The position numbers were made by a program, and so were the translations under genes. A stretch of 64,000 nt of DNA, taken from assembly GCF_021869535.1 (NCBI RefSeq), contig NW_026262701.1, positions 37,262,001 through 37,326,000 of the forward strand, given 5' to 3'. The notes under the pieces were generated by a model, which ran no database searches, had not been told where the DNA came from, and saw nothing but the letters and a program-made list of their open reading frames with translations. Shown here in pieces: positions 12,737 to 24,899 of this stretch; position 1 is the first letter of the stretch, and every line of letters starts with the position of its first letter. The DNA comes from Mytilus californianus (taxonomy: Eukaryota).

Positions 12737-14013
12737 TCAGAAAATCAGCAATGGAGAAAATCTACTCAAAATTGCCCTAAAATCTCTATCTCTCATTGAC
12801 CGATTGTCTGTGTAACATATAGAGTTTGAATGCGTAATCTTGCCATTGCAACATGACTGTGTAGAAGATTCATATGCCGTTGTACCACAACATGATAAAC
12901 CACTGGGTTCAGTAACAATTCCGTTGCAACATGTTTCATGTAAAGGACTATAACTCTTATGTCCACAACTGTAACACTCTAGTCCTCCTATTGAATACAG
13001 TTTACCGGAACAACATGTTTGATAAAAAGGACTGTAACTCTTGTCTCCGCAACACTCTAGTCCTCTTTGTGAATACAGTTTACCGGAACAGCATGTTTCA
13101 TGTAAAGGACTATAACTCTTGCCTCCACAACTGTTACACTCTAGTCCTCCTATTGAATACAGTTTACCGGAACAACATGTTTGATGCAAAGGATTGTAAA
13201 TCTTGTGTCCACAGCACTTTACTCCTCTTTGTGAATACAGTTTACCGGAACAACATGTTTCATGTAAAGGACTATAACTCTTGTCTCCACAAATGTTACA
13301 CTCTAGTCCTCCTATTGAATACAGTTTACCGGAACAACACGTTTGATGCAAAGGACTGTAAATCTTGTGTCCACAGCACTTTACTCCTCTTTGTGAATAC
13401 AGTTTACCGGAACAACATGTTTCATGTAAAGGACTATAACTCTTGTCTCCACAACACCTTAGACCTGTTTGTGAATACAGGTTACCGGAACAACATGTTT
13501 CATGCAAAGGACTGTAAATCTTGTGTCCACAGCACTTAAGTCCTCTTTGTGAATACAATTTACCGGAACAACAAGTTTCATGCAAAGGACTGTAAGACTT
13601 TTCTCCACAACACTCTAGTCCTTTTTGGGAATATAGTTTACCGGAACAACAAGTTTCAAATGCTGGACTATATGCCTTGTCTGAGCAACACTGGTAAAAT
13701 GGTTCTACCTTCTGATTTATCGATCCATCGCAACATTTTTCTGTCTTTGGATCATAAATTTTCTCACCACAGCAGTGTCCATCCTTTACTTGATATATTT
13801 TTTCATCGCAGCATGTTTCATATATCGGATTATATGCCTTGTCCTTACAGCAGGACGAGCCTTTCTTATAATGAATAGTATCTTTACAGCAGATCGCATA
13901 TTCTGGGTTATAAACCTCCGTTTTGCAACATGGCCACCCCCCAGGGACAGTTATCACACCATCACAGCAAGTCTGATAAGAGGGATTGTAAGCCTTGGAG
14001 TCACAGAATTTCA
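12737..14013 (-). CDS. Galaxin-like cysteine-rich (CC-repeat) extracellular protein, large internal or terminal exon; 5' exon(s) not located
   Basis: 425-aa ORF with 26 CC dyads in ~13-aa spacing (CCxxKxYxPxxETCCSGKLY), typical of galaxin repeats. The ORF-track start is a GTG overlapping a splice acceptor (ttttttgtag|TG, AG at 14015-14014, phase 1). No signal peptide in this exon. Confidence 0.85.
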
Positions 14014-15002
14014 CTACAAAAAATAAAGATATGAGATTGTTATCAAAATGGAATATTTCTTTGACAATAATTTAATACAAAACAGAATTACTTTTGCTCT
14101 ATACTCAAAGGAGATAGATTTGAACTTGCATTATGGGGCGATTTTATAACTTGAAAGTGGGTTTGCTATGTTGATTTCACCGATATCCGTTTGCGCATAT
14201 AATGCATTAAATTGTATCTTCAATTCATTTGCGCTAATGCTACTTTTGTGCTACTTCATTTTGGAAATTATAAATTTCGTTTTCTTCAATATAGAAATTG
14301 ATTTGAAAATTTCTTTTAATGATTGGCTAAGCATAAACGACTTCCCTCCTCTGTGTGACCGGCAATTTCCACTGGAGGGAAAAAAGCCATTTTAATTTTT
14401 TTTTAAATCAAATTTTAAATTATATGAAAGTAAACAGATGTAATATCATTGACAAAGAGTCAATTCATATGGCAAAATCCTAGGTTCTTTTTTCATTGAA
14501 TTTGCACCACGTGACTTCTGTCCTGTTAAGTAAATGACCTCTGTTAATTGTATATTGATAATTATAAATTCTATCAAATTGCGGATAATCAAGTCTTTTC
14601 CCATTTTGAGGAAGATTACCAGGACAGATAAAACCAGGACATTTATATATTGATATGTTTTAATCTGTTAATTTTTGTTTTATTCAACATATTGTCAAAA
14701 TTTAAACTCTGTAATAAAAAGCAGGGTATTTACTTCTTTTTTATTTGTAAAGTTTTTAAAAATTAGAAAGCAAAATTTTAAAAAAAAATATGCCAGGACA
14801 GTTTAATTTTAAGTACAAAAAGGGAGAAATTGCCGAGAAAAGTTTACAAATAATTGAAATCATTTCTCCAAAACAACTGTCTGGCATAATATTTTTGTAC
14901 GATTATAAAGTTTAGGGAATATAATCATTTAAAAATCTATAATTTAATATTTTTCGTCTTTTAAAGGTAAAAAAATCTGCCAGGACAGTAGCCTATAGCC
15001 TA

Positions 15003-15166
15003 TACACCTTATCGCTATTTGTCCGCCATTACTGGACATCACAAAGGTTCCCGTAAAATTTTTACGTCGTAATAGAAAACGTCGGACGCCACAATGGAAA
15101 AGTGATTGTTGTATGACGTCAATAGTTCAAGTGTCGCAGATTCCAAAATAGCAGCGATAAGGTCTA
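15003..15166. mobile_element. Small MITE
   Basis: Terminal inverted repeats ta(c)accttatcgct / agcgataaggtcta with TA at both ends. Confidence 0.55.
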
Positions 15167-16350
15167 TTACGTTAGAAATTGTGAAGAAATTATCTCAAAT
15201 TCAAAATATAAAGTTGAATATCTTCTTCAAAATGAATGTCTGACAAGTAATTTTTTGTTCACTGGAAAGGTTAAAATATAAGCTTTAGGAAATTACCTTT
15301 ATATAATTTTATGGATTTTATTTCGTTCACACAATAAAAAATCTGCCAGGAGGACAGTAGCCTAATACGTTAAATGTTCTGAATAAATGGCGGAAATCAA
15401 CAACGAAATGTTTAATTATAAATCAAATAGTGTCTTTGTTACGATTGTCTGGCATACTATTTTGGTATTATCATAAAGTTGAGGACCAAATAATTTAAAA
15501 AATCAAGAAATTGAACTAAAATAAATTTTCATTTTCGACAGTAAAAAAATATGCCAGACAATAGCATATTACATCGGCACTTGTGAAGAATTTTGTTTCA
15601 AATTCAAAATAATTATCTGGCATAGAATGGTTTTTTTTTTTATTATTATCTAATTTAAATGTTTGCAGTTTACAAATGTGAAAAACAACAATACTAATCG
15701 TGTTAATATATATAAGACGCAAAATGTGAACAAATTTAGTCAGGTAATTTATTATTTGACAGTAATAAAAACTTCAAAGTCACTAATTGGTGTCAGATCC
15801 TTTAAAAGTTAATTTAATGATCTAATTAGCCATGTGTTTAGAACACAGGAACATGTCACCTTCTTTACCCCCAGTACATGAAACGTGTTTTCAAATGTTG
15901 TATTTCTTAACTCCTTTCTGCCATCACACCGTAACATGTCTTCTACTGAATCAGATTTGCCACACTCACTATTATAGTTTTATATTTAGGTTTACCTTTT
16001 ATGCTTATTTATTTTTTCTTTGGAAATGGATAAACTCACCTTTTTCCAGACAATTCACAAGATATTCTCTCAAAAGTTCAGTTTCAAATTCAACATGTAC
16101 CCCCATGAAGTTTTGGTGCTTGCGGTAAATTTGAGATTTAATCAACTTTTACAGACATAATAAAATAATGATAAAATTGAGAATGGAAATGGGGAATGTG
16201 TCAAAGAGACAACAATCCGATTAAACAGCTTGCTGTGGGTTTTTGTTATACATTTTTTTTAATTCTATTCCGAATAGATAGGGAGCAGTTAAAACAATAA
16301 ATATCTTCACATAGGTATTCATTACCCCACGCTCAGTTTGGCTGACAACA

Positions 16351-16601
16351 CAGGGTTCATTTAATACCGTAGCAGCTAGATAGCCGCTATGTATTAGATA
16401 TCTATCAATGTTGAACGATATGCTACGTAGCCAGGCTATCCAATTGACGTCATTAATAAATAACCTATCCGACGCCATTTTGGATTCTCTAGATAGCATG
16501 AATTTTTCAGGCTATATAGATCTATTTAGCGGCTAGGCTAGCTTTACGTTCAGAAGTCGAAGTCTACGTAGCAGCTATAGATGATATTGAATGCACCCCT
16601 G
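16351..16601. mobile_element. MITE-like element
   Basis: Termini cagggttcatttaata / tattgaatgcacccctg are imperfect inverted repeats. No TSD found. Confidence 0.45.
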
Positions 16602-16705
16602 ATTACACAGATTGCACAGATTACACAAATACAGTCAGATGAAAAGCACGTGCCAACCAAATATTTAGCTATATATATATATATTGAGTATAATAGTTAA
16701 AATAA

Positions 16706-16749
16706 TTGACACTGAAGAAGGCTATTTGTTAAGCCGAAATATTTGTCAA
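16706..16749 (+). ncRNA. Minimal type I hammerhead ribozyme motif
   Basis: Stem I TTGACA/TGTCAA (6 bp perfect), core CTGAAGA, extra A, stem II GGCT/AGCC (8-nt loop), GAA, palindromic ATAT helix III, H17=U. Confidence 0.7.
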
Positions 16750-16917
16750 CACGATTTTATAACAACATCTTCGTATAATACCATCTTATATAAGTATCGT
16801 TGTGCAAATCTCTAGACTTATATATTTTTTTCCTTATCTGCACAGTATCGTCTATTCTAGACGATCCGGTACATAGTAAATTTGCTGGTTGGTGCTTTTT
16901 ATAGACTTCTATATATA

Positions 16918-16965
<48 letters not shown>

Positions 16966-17310
16966 AAATTGAAAACAACGTTCAAACCTATGATTGCGTT
17001 GGATAAAAACCGCAATTTTTATACGTGTGCATGCAAAACTAATTTCGTTGTAGAGGGGTCTAAATACAGCACAAACAACAATTTCCAAAAGACCAAAAAA
17101 AAGTGAAAAAGTCTATTTTAACAAAACGCATTTGACTAACAGGTCGAACAACTGATGTTCTTAAACCCTGCTGACTGCCATTGGCGATTGCCAAATAAAT
17201 TGATCACCAGATCTAACAAAATGGATCTTTATACTAATTAAATACCAAACAGAAAACAATAAACTTGTGGAAAAGATGGTATACCACAAACATGAGGTGC
17301 AAAAATTTGT

Positions 17311-17354
17311 ACACCATATCCGGATTTCGACAATAAATGTCTCTTCAGTGATGT
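17311..17354 (-). ncRNA. Minimal type I hammerhead, array unit 1 (intact consensus)
   Basis: Minus strand reads ACATCA CTGAAGA GACA tttat TGTC GAA ATCCGGAT A TGGTGT: stem I 6 bp (one G.U), stem II 4 bp, 8-nt palindromic helix III, AUA cleavage triplet. Confidence 0.85.
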
Positions 17355-17812
17355 TAGGGATCGAAACGGTATTTGGAAGGCCATATGATTTACCTCAATT
17401 TAGGATAGACTCTAGAATTTTAAAGAGTCGAAATAGGATGAACGGATCATATAAACCCGAAGGAAAATATAATACAAGCCCAAACGAAAAAATATAAAAA
17501 GTCTAAATTGAAAACAACGTTCAAACCTATGATTGCGTAGGATAAAAACCGCAATTTTTATACGTGTGCATGCAAAACAAATTTCTTAGTAGAGGGGTCT
17601 AAATACAGCACAAACAACAATTTCCAAAAGACCAAAAAAAAGTGAAAAAGTCTATTTTAACAAAACGCATTTGACTAACAGGTCGAACAACTGATGTTCT
17701 TAAACCCTGCTGACTGCCATTGGCGATTGCCAAATAAATTGATCACCCGATCTAACAAAATGGATCTTTATACTAATTAAATACCAAACAGAAAACAATA
17801 AACTTGTGGAAA

Positions 17813-17843
<31 letters not shown>

Positions 17844-18208
17844 CTAGTATATATACAAGTCTAAATTGAAAACAACGTTCAAACCTATGATTGCGTTGGA
17901 TAAAAACCGCAATTTTTATACGTGTGCATGCAAAACAAATTTCTTGTTAGAGGGGTCTAAATACAGCACAAACAACATTTTCCAAAAGACCAAAAAATGT
18001 GAAAAAGTATATTTTAACAAAACGCATTTGACTAACAGGTCGAACAACTGATGGTCTTAAACCCTGCTGACTGCCATTGGCGATTGCCAAATAAACGGAT
18101 CACAAGGTGTAATAAATGGATCTTAACTATAAATTTAATACCAAAAAGAAAACAATAAACTTGCGGCGAAGATGGTATACCGCAAACAAAGGTGCAAATA
18201 TTTTGTGT

Positions 18209-18252
18209 ACACCATATCCGGATTTCGACAATTAATGTCTCTTCAGTGATAT
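18209..18252 (-). ncRNA. Minimal type I hammerhead, array unit 3 (intact core)
   Basis: ATATCA CTGAAGA GACA ttaat TGTC GAA ATCCGGAT A TGGTGT. The stem I substitution keeps pairing as G.U. Confidence 0.85.
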
Positions 18253-18747
18253 AAGGAATCGAAACGGTTATTGGAAGGCCACATAATTTACCTCAATTTA
18301 GGATAGACTCTTGAATTTTGAGGAGTCAAAATAGGATGAACGGATCATATAAACCCGAAGGCAAATATAATACAAGCCCAAACGAAAAAATATAAACAAG
18401 TCTAAATTGAAAACAACGTTCAAACCTATGATTGCGTTGGATAAAAACTGCAATTTTTATACGTGTGCATGCAAAACAAATTTCTTGTTAGAGGGGTCTA
18501 AATACAGCACAAACAACATTTTCCAAAAGACCAAAAAAGTGAAAAAGTATATTTTAACAAAACGCATTTGACTAACAGGTCGAACAACAAATGTCTTAAA
18601 TCCTGCTGACTGCCATTGGCGATTGCCAAATAAACGGATCACAAGGTGTAATAAATGGATCTTAACTATAAATTTAATACCAAAAAGAAAACAATAAACT
18701 TGCGGCGAAGATGGTATACCGCAAACAAAGGTGCAAATATTTTGTGT

Positions 18748-18791
18748 ACACCATATCTGGATTTCGACAATTAATGTCTCTTCAGTGATGT
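18748..18791 (-). ncRNA. Hammerhead, array unit 4 (helix III palindrome mutated)
   Basis: Core and stems I/II are intact, but helix III reads ATCCAGAT. Confidence 0.7.
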
Positions 18792-19290
18792 TAGGAATCG
18801 AAACGGTTATTGGAAGGCCACACTGATAATTTACCTCAATTTAGGATAGACTCTTGAATTTTGAGGAGTCAAAATAGGATGAACGGATCATATAAACCCG
18901 AAGGCAAATATAATACAAGCCCAAACGAAAAAATATAAACAAGTCTAAATTGAAAACAACGTTCAAACCTATGATTGCGTTGGATAAAAACTGCAATTTT
19001 TATACGTGTGCATGCAAAACAAATTTCTTGTTAGAGGGGTCTCAATACAGCACAAACAACATTTTCCAAAAGACCAAAAAAGTGAAAAAGTATATTTTAA
19101 CAAAACGCATTTGACTAACAGGTCGAACAACAAATGTCTTAAATCCTGCTGACTGCCATTGGCGATTGCCAAATAAACGGATCACAAGGTGTAATAAATG
19201 GATCTTAACTATAAATTTAATACCAAAAAGAAAACAATAAACTTGCGGCGAAGATGGTATACCGCAAACAAAGGTGCAAATATTTTGTGT

Positions 19291-19334
19291 ACACCATATC
19301 CGGATTTCGACAATTAATGTTTCTTCAGTGATGT
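19291..19334 (-). ncRNA. Hammerhead, array unit 5 (stem II closing pair A.C)
   Basis: CTGAAGA AACA ttaat TGTC GAA ATCCGGAT A: the 10.1-11.1 pair is lost. Confidence 0.7.
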
Positions 19335-20249
19335 TAGGAATCGAAACGGTTATTGAAAGGCCACATAATTTACCTCAATTTAGGTATATATATATATATA
19401 TAAGTAGGACGACTGTTCTGGCAGATATTTTACAATGAATACCAATAAATATAAACATAACTTCGTTGGGAATTTAAATGTAATAGTCTACTGTCCTGAC
19501 AGATTTATACTGTGATACTACAAAATACATAAATTGATTTTCATATTTCCAAAATGTTCAACTGGAAACCCTTATAAGAAATAACAACTTTATGCCAGCA
19601 AGGGTTTATATTCTTACTTTATAAATCCTTGATGCCAGACAATTATATTTAAGAAGATATTCAACTTTGTATTTCGATTTGAAACAAGTTTTTTCACAAG
19701 TTAAGACGTATTGAGCTACTGTCCCGGGAGTTTTTCTTGCTTTAGAAATGAAAGATAATTCAATATCTCGTTTTTTTTTATGATTGGGTAAATTTTTTGT
19801 GTTGATGTAATAAAAGTCCATAAAATTTATATTCTCATAAAGCTTATATTTCAAACTTTCCAAAGAACAAAAACTTGCTTGCCAGACATTCATTTTAAAG
19901 AAAGTATTCAATAGATATAAGAAGATGTGGTATGAGTGCCAATGAGACAACTCTCCATAACTTTATATTTGATTTTTAGCGAATTTCTTCAAAATTTCTG
20001 ACTTAATAGACTACTGTCCTGGCAGAATTTTTTGCCTTTTAGAAGACAAAAAAAATATGCCAGACAGTTGTTTTGGAGAAATGATTTCAATTATAAGTAA
20101 ACTTTTCTCGGCAATTTCCGCCATTTTTTTTCTTGGAATTTAACTGTTTTGGCATATTTTTAACGGGCCAAACTCTATTTGAAGCTTATGAGCAGACGTA
20201 ATTTACAAATAGCTCTTCTAAAATCAAAGTTCTTAACCAAAGAGAGATA

Positions 20250-21190
20250 ATTTTCATAGCCCAAATTTTGTTTACATTTCAAATAATTGAACAATTTTCC
20301 ATCAGAAGCTCTTTTTTTTGGCTAACATACCAATTGTTTATATATTCAGTGTGAATTAATTTGTTATATATATTCAAAAATTTATAATGTCCAAAATATT
20401 TTACTTTTTGTTTAATTTCAAAAACTTCTAATAATTTCTTAACAAATAAGAACCAAGAAGTTATGTTAGATTTGTGAAGCTCTTGGCTGCATTTATAAGC
20501 GTCTTTCATCAGACTTGATTCAGTCTGAAGATTTTCAAAACTATACCAGTATTTTACAATTGACCGTTTACAATATCATAATGTAGGGGGAAACGCCCCA
20601 GTTCTGATAATACAGCAAAACTTACACTTCTTTTATGTACACCAAATATAAATTTTGAGAACTTGAGATGAAGTTTTTCACACTGAATCTTTTTATAAAT
20701 ATTTTCAAGATTAAATAAGGAGGATTGTAATTTATTACAAGAAACATTATAACCTCCCCATACCTCTGAATTATATAACAGAATGGGTTTAAGGGTATGA
20801 TCAAAAATATGTACACAGGATTTTATTCCCGGAGACAAATTTATAAAATCATTTCTTAGTTTATAATAGGCCTTAAGAGCCTTATTATATAGTTCAGTTT
20901 TAGCTAGATGAAAACTTCCAGATGCAGTGAAGTGAACACCTAAGTATTTGTAATGAGAGACACAATCTATCAAGTTATTCTGTAGCAGGAAATCAGCCTG
21001 AATTTTTCTTCCGGCCTTATTAGTAATGATAACTTTAGTTTTTCCAATATTAACTTTAGGGCACCAGTCAGCACAATATTTTTCTAGCTGATTTAGTCTA
21101 CTTTGAATACCTGTGGCTGATGTTGACATAATTACAATATCATCTGCATACATCAAACAATTCAATTTCTCTGAGTGAAGGGAAACTGCT
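20250..21190 (-). mobile_element. Decayed LINE ORF2 fragment (RT domain C-terminal part; RTE-X-like clade tentative)
   Basis: ORF 20554-21165 has CLMYADD, YKYLGVHF, KPILLYNSEVWG and AVLSELGRFPL. The downstream part is frameshifted. Confidence 0.85.
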
Positions 21191-22935
21191 GTATCCAGAC
21201 AGGAGTCAAGATAAGATGGAAAGTCATTTATAAAAAAATTGAATACAGAATTTGAATATATGCGGACAAATCATGAACAATCGCTTCTTGATTTTTTATT
21301 TTTATTTTGAATCTGGCTTTTTGACGAATTTTGGCTATTTTATATACCAATTATTTACAGTTACGCTTCCGATTTTCTAAAACGGTCGAAAGATTTTTAA
21401 GTTGACACTGTTAATTTGTGTACGTACAGAAGGAAAAAATAACACGTACTATCGGCCTAAATGCGGACAAATTGTTAATGCGGTTGAGAAATTGGCATTT
21501 TTGCATACTTATTTAAGGGGCATGTGTAATCCTATTAAAATGGCTGTCGTCATGATAAAGCAATATGGCCGCTCTTCAAATTAGCAAATTGCTCAAAATT
21601 TTGCCATAATATGTGTCCACCAGAGACCAAAAGACGATAAAGAAAACAACAATAAAAACTTAACTTCTACGTCATTTGGTCTCTGGTGGAGAGTTGTCTC
21701 ATTTGGAATCATACCATATCTTTTTATTTTTATATATAGATCACCGCATGACCTCCAATAATAAGCAATTTTTGTTTGAATGTCTTACAGAATTTGAGAT
21801 CCCCTACAACAGTGTGATTGATTAATGTTTGCTCAACGTCCAGTGGAAAATTTTTCATGAATGGTCAGGACAATACAACAATGTGGGATGTTCATTAACT
21901 CTAATAGTATAGTGTTCATTCAAAAAGTCGACAGATTAATTATAGTACATGTACATGTTTTCATGTAAATGATATGCTGGTAAAATGGCGCAATTAACAT
22001 TATCAAAAAGTTTGACATTGGCGTAATAGGTACATTTTTTAAATAGTATTTGGCGTTAATCGATTCCTGTCAAATATGTGTCGCCTTATCATGAAAAATA
22101 GTCTGATAGAAAGAAAAGTTACAAAATATTCTATAAAATTTTTGACAAAAAAATCCGTAACACATGTTTAAATAATTGCCAATGTAATCCTGCTTTTATT
22201 CTCCTACCGAACATAAATTATATATTTATCCCTTATTTGATATAATTGCATAAGATTTTTTTAAAACGGAAGCGACAAAAAGAGACAGTAGAAAAAAAGA
22301 TTCTCATTTCAGGTTAACTGAGAATATGATATTCAAAAACATATTCAAAATATCACTTAGAAATAATATTGTCTACAAATGTTTTCTGTAACTTACTGTT
22401 CGTAAATGCACCTATTCCTCCTGTTACAACATGTAATCGCGAGAAGATTATCAAGACGATGAAATAAATTCTCTCTTCCATTACAACATTTATCATGATT
22501 TAGAAATTAAAATTATCCAACCAAACATGAAACTGATATACGTTATGTGTTTGTTTTTTCTGACTGTCATCACATTAGTGTAATGTAATTGTTGTCAAGA
22601 TATGATTATGTCAAACATATGTTATTGCTAATGTAATTCAAAAGTACTTTTGATTTTAAAATTAAAATGTTTTGTTCAATGTATTTAAAAAAAACTATTT
22701 AAATTCAAGGATACGATATATCATGTTGTTACAAATACCAAATCGTATGAAAATATTTTTCATAGTATCACATATACGTATGTCATTTTGATTTAGAATG
22801 ATTTATGTAAAAACATAATTTAAACAATTTAATTTAAGATAATTCAACAAACATAAACAATCAAAAAGAAAGGCATTAACATAGTGTATACTGGTAACTT
22901 CCTTTCCAATATGATCGGTAGTTTTCCTTATATTC

Positions 22936-23590
22936 CGAATATGGTGTGTCAAACGTTGCAAAATTCACAAAAAATAAAATGAATGTTCATAAAAATTAAA
23001 TCATTGTTCGTAAAAACGAGTATATGTTCATGAAAACAAAATATATATTCAAAAAAATCAATATATGTGTTCATAAAATAAGATATATATGTATAAAACA
23101 TAAATATATGTTCATAAAAAAATATTTGTTCTTAAAAAAAATATAAATGTTCTTAAAAACATCCAAAAATTAACTTCCTTCCATCAGTATGGTACACAAA
23201 AGGAGAACCTAATGCTAGTAAATTTAAACACTTTCCCCCATAATTTTCTTAGTCCTGGTCCTGCATCTAGTCCGAGTCAGGGTTTCAGACCAAAGTCCGT
23301 GTCCGGAGTCCCGTCCGGTCAGGGTTTCAGTGCGTATACCCAATCAAATACACTGTTACAAAAGCAACGAGGAATCCCATGATGCAAATTATTGAACCGT
23401 ATTTATAATTTTTTAAGAACATATATTTTATTTTATGAACACATATTTTTATTCCTTTTTTTATAAAAATTTTGTGTGTATGAATATGTATTGAACTTTT
23501 CATGAATATATGTTAAATAACTTTTTATGGATATATATTATGAACATATATTTTTTTTTTAATATTGCAACGTTTGACACGCCATATCCG
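22936..23590. mobile_element. Foldback/MITE with ~26-bp TIRs and inward-facing tatgttcataaaa subrepeat arrays
   Basis: cgaatatggtgtgtcaaacgttgcaa versus ttgcaacgtttgacacgccatatccg. A GC-rich core lies at ~23250-23340. Confidence 0.75.
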
Positions 23591-24770
23591 AGTGAGCCAA
23601 CGCTTCTTTTCAGACTTTTCAGACTTTTCAGACATTTCAGACATAACAACTGTTGCTGATACGTAGGTATATACCTTCTAACATTTATAGGTAAAACATA
23701 TCCACCCAAAATATATTCTGGCGTAACAAAGTGCTCGTCATCAGGTCAACCGAATTGAAGTCGGTATAAAAAAAACAAAGAAAATGATGCCTACAGACCC
23801 GCGTTCGCCCTCCGTCTAGTAATTTTTTCAACAAAGAAGTTGAAAGTGAAACTGAACTTCTAGCCGCGCTAATGTTTATTTTCAATTTTGTACACTATTA
23901 TTTCCTGCTTTTTGGGGGGACAGTATAATTATTTTAATTTGATTCTACTAGTATTTTTTAAGTCAGTGTAAACAAAACAAAATTAAAACCCCCCCACCTA
24001 ACCCAAAATAACAGCCAAACCCATGTGTCAATTTTCATTGAAAGCTTTATCTTGATTCTTGGTACTATTTCGGAATGATTACCTCCCCTATATGAAATAA
24101 GAATATATGGTATGATAGCCAATGAGACAACTATCAAAAAGAGTCCGAATAACGTGGATTAAGCAATCATAGGTCACAGTACTACCTTCAACAATGAGCA
24201 AATACCATACTATATAGTCAGTTACAAAAGATCTCAGTATGACAAAATGTAAACAATTTAATAGAAAAAAACTAACGGCTTGATTTATAACATAACAATA
24301 AAGAAAAACTGGTATAACAGACAGCAACCAATGACAACTACTGATTTACAGGCTCCTGACTTGGGATAGGTAGATGCATGATATGACTGGGTTAAAAATG
24401 CGAGAGTTTAACACTCAACTTACCTAGGGAAATTATGCAACAACCTAACACAAAAACAAACTGTAAAAATCCGTTTTAAATGGCTTGATTGATCAGATCG
24501 AAACGAACCACAAAAACAACTAGCATAAACACAAGACACTAACCTTAATTGGTCAGTCGTGTACATGTAACAGCGCAAGATAAGAACAAATTGTAAAAAT
24601 CTGTTGCAAAAAAAACAACTAAAAAAACGACAGAAAAAATAAATAACAATCTAAGAGTGCTCGCAGTTATTGAAAGGTACATGTAGTTCAAAGCCGAATT
24701 TCCACTGATTAAAAACCATGTTTCCCTGACTTAAATATCAATGAGTATACATACAAATAATTTATCCTAC

Positions 24771-24868
24771 AGAAGGTCGGTGGTTCTCTCCGGGAATTCC
24801 AGCTTCCTCCACCAATAAAAACTGACCAGCCACGAATTAGCACAATAGTGCTGAAAGTGGCGTGTGAC

Positions 24869-24899
<31 letters not shown>
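24771..24899 (+). mobile_element. SINE 3' half with (AATC)n tail
   Basis: ggttctctccgggaattccagcttcctccacc resembles the conserved central motif of V/Meta-type SINEs. A second copy lies on the minus strand at ~44030-44143. Confidence 0.65.

Larger units (their letters stand above)
16961..19384 (-). mobile_element. Tandem array of ~540-bp hammerhead-containing units (retrozyme-like)
   Basis: Unit starts (agtctaaattgaaaacaacg) at 16961, 17500, 17858, 18399 and 18942 give periods of 539, 541 and 543. Units 2 and 5 are truncated. (TA)n tracts lie at both ends and between units 2 and 3. Confidence 0.9.
14780..20160. repeat. Internally repetitive element with inverted arms (~14780-15700 and ~19390-20160)
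   Basis: Subrepeats tgccagacaa / ctgccaggacagtag recur. 14790-14990 is reverse-complemented at ~20005-20160, and ~15170-15250 at ~19640-19720. Confidence 0.6.

Noticed and set aside
12931-13878. Plus-strand ORFs of 202 and 109 aa (MFHVKDYNS… repeats)
   Set aside because: Antisense shadow of the galaxin-like repeat exon; periodic sequence keeps the frame open.
16040-16106. Candidate upstream galaxin exon MGVHVEFETELLREYLVNCLEK with donor G|gtgagt (phase 1)
   Set aside because: In frame with the galaxin exon, but it has no signal-peptide character, no good acceptor and no recognisable homology. It cannot be supported without cDNA.
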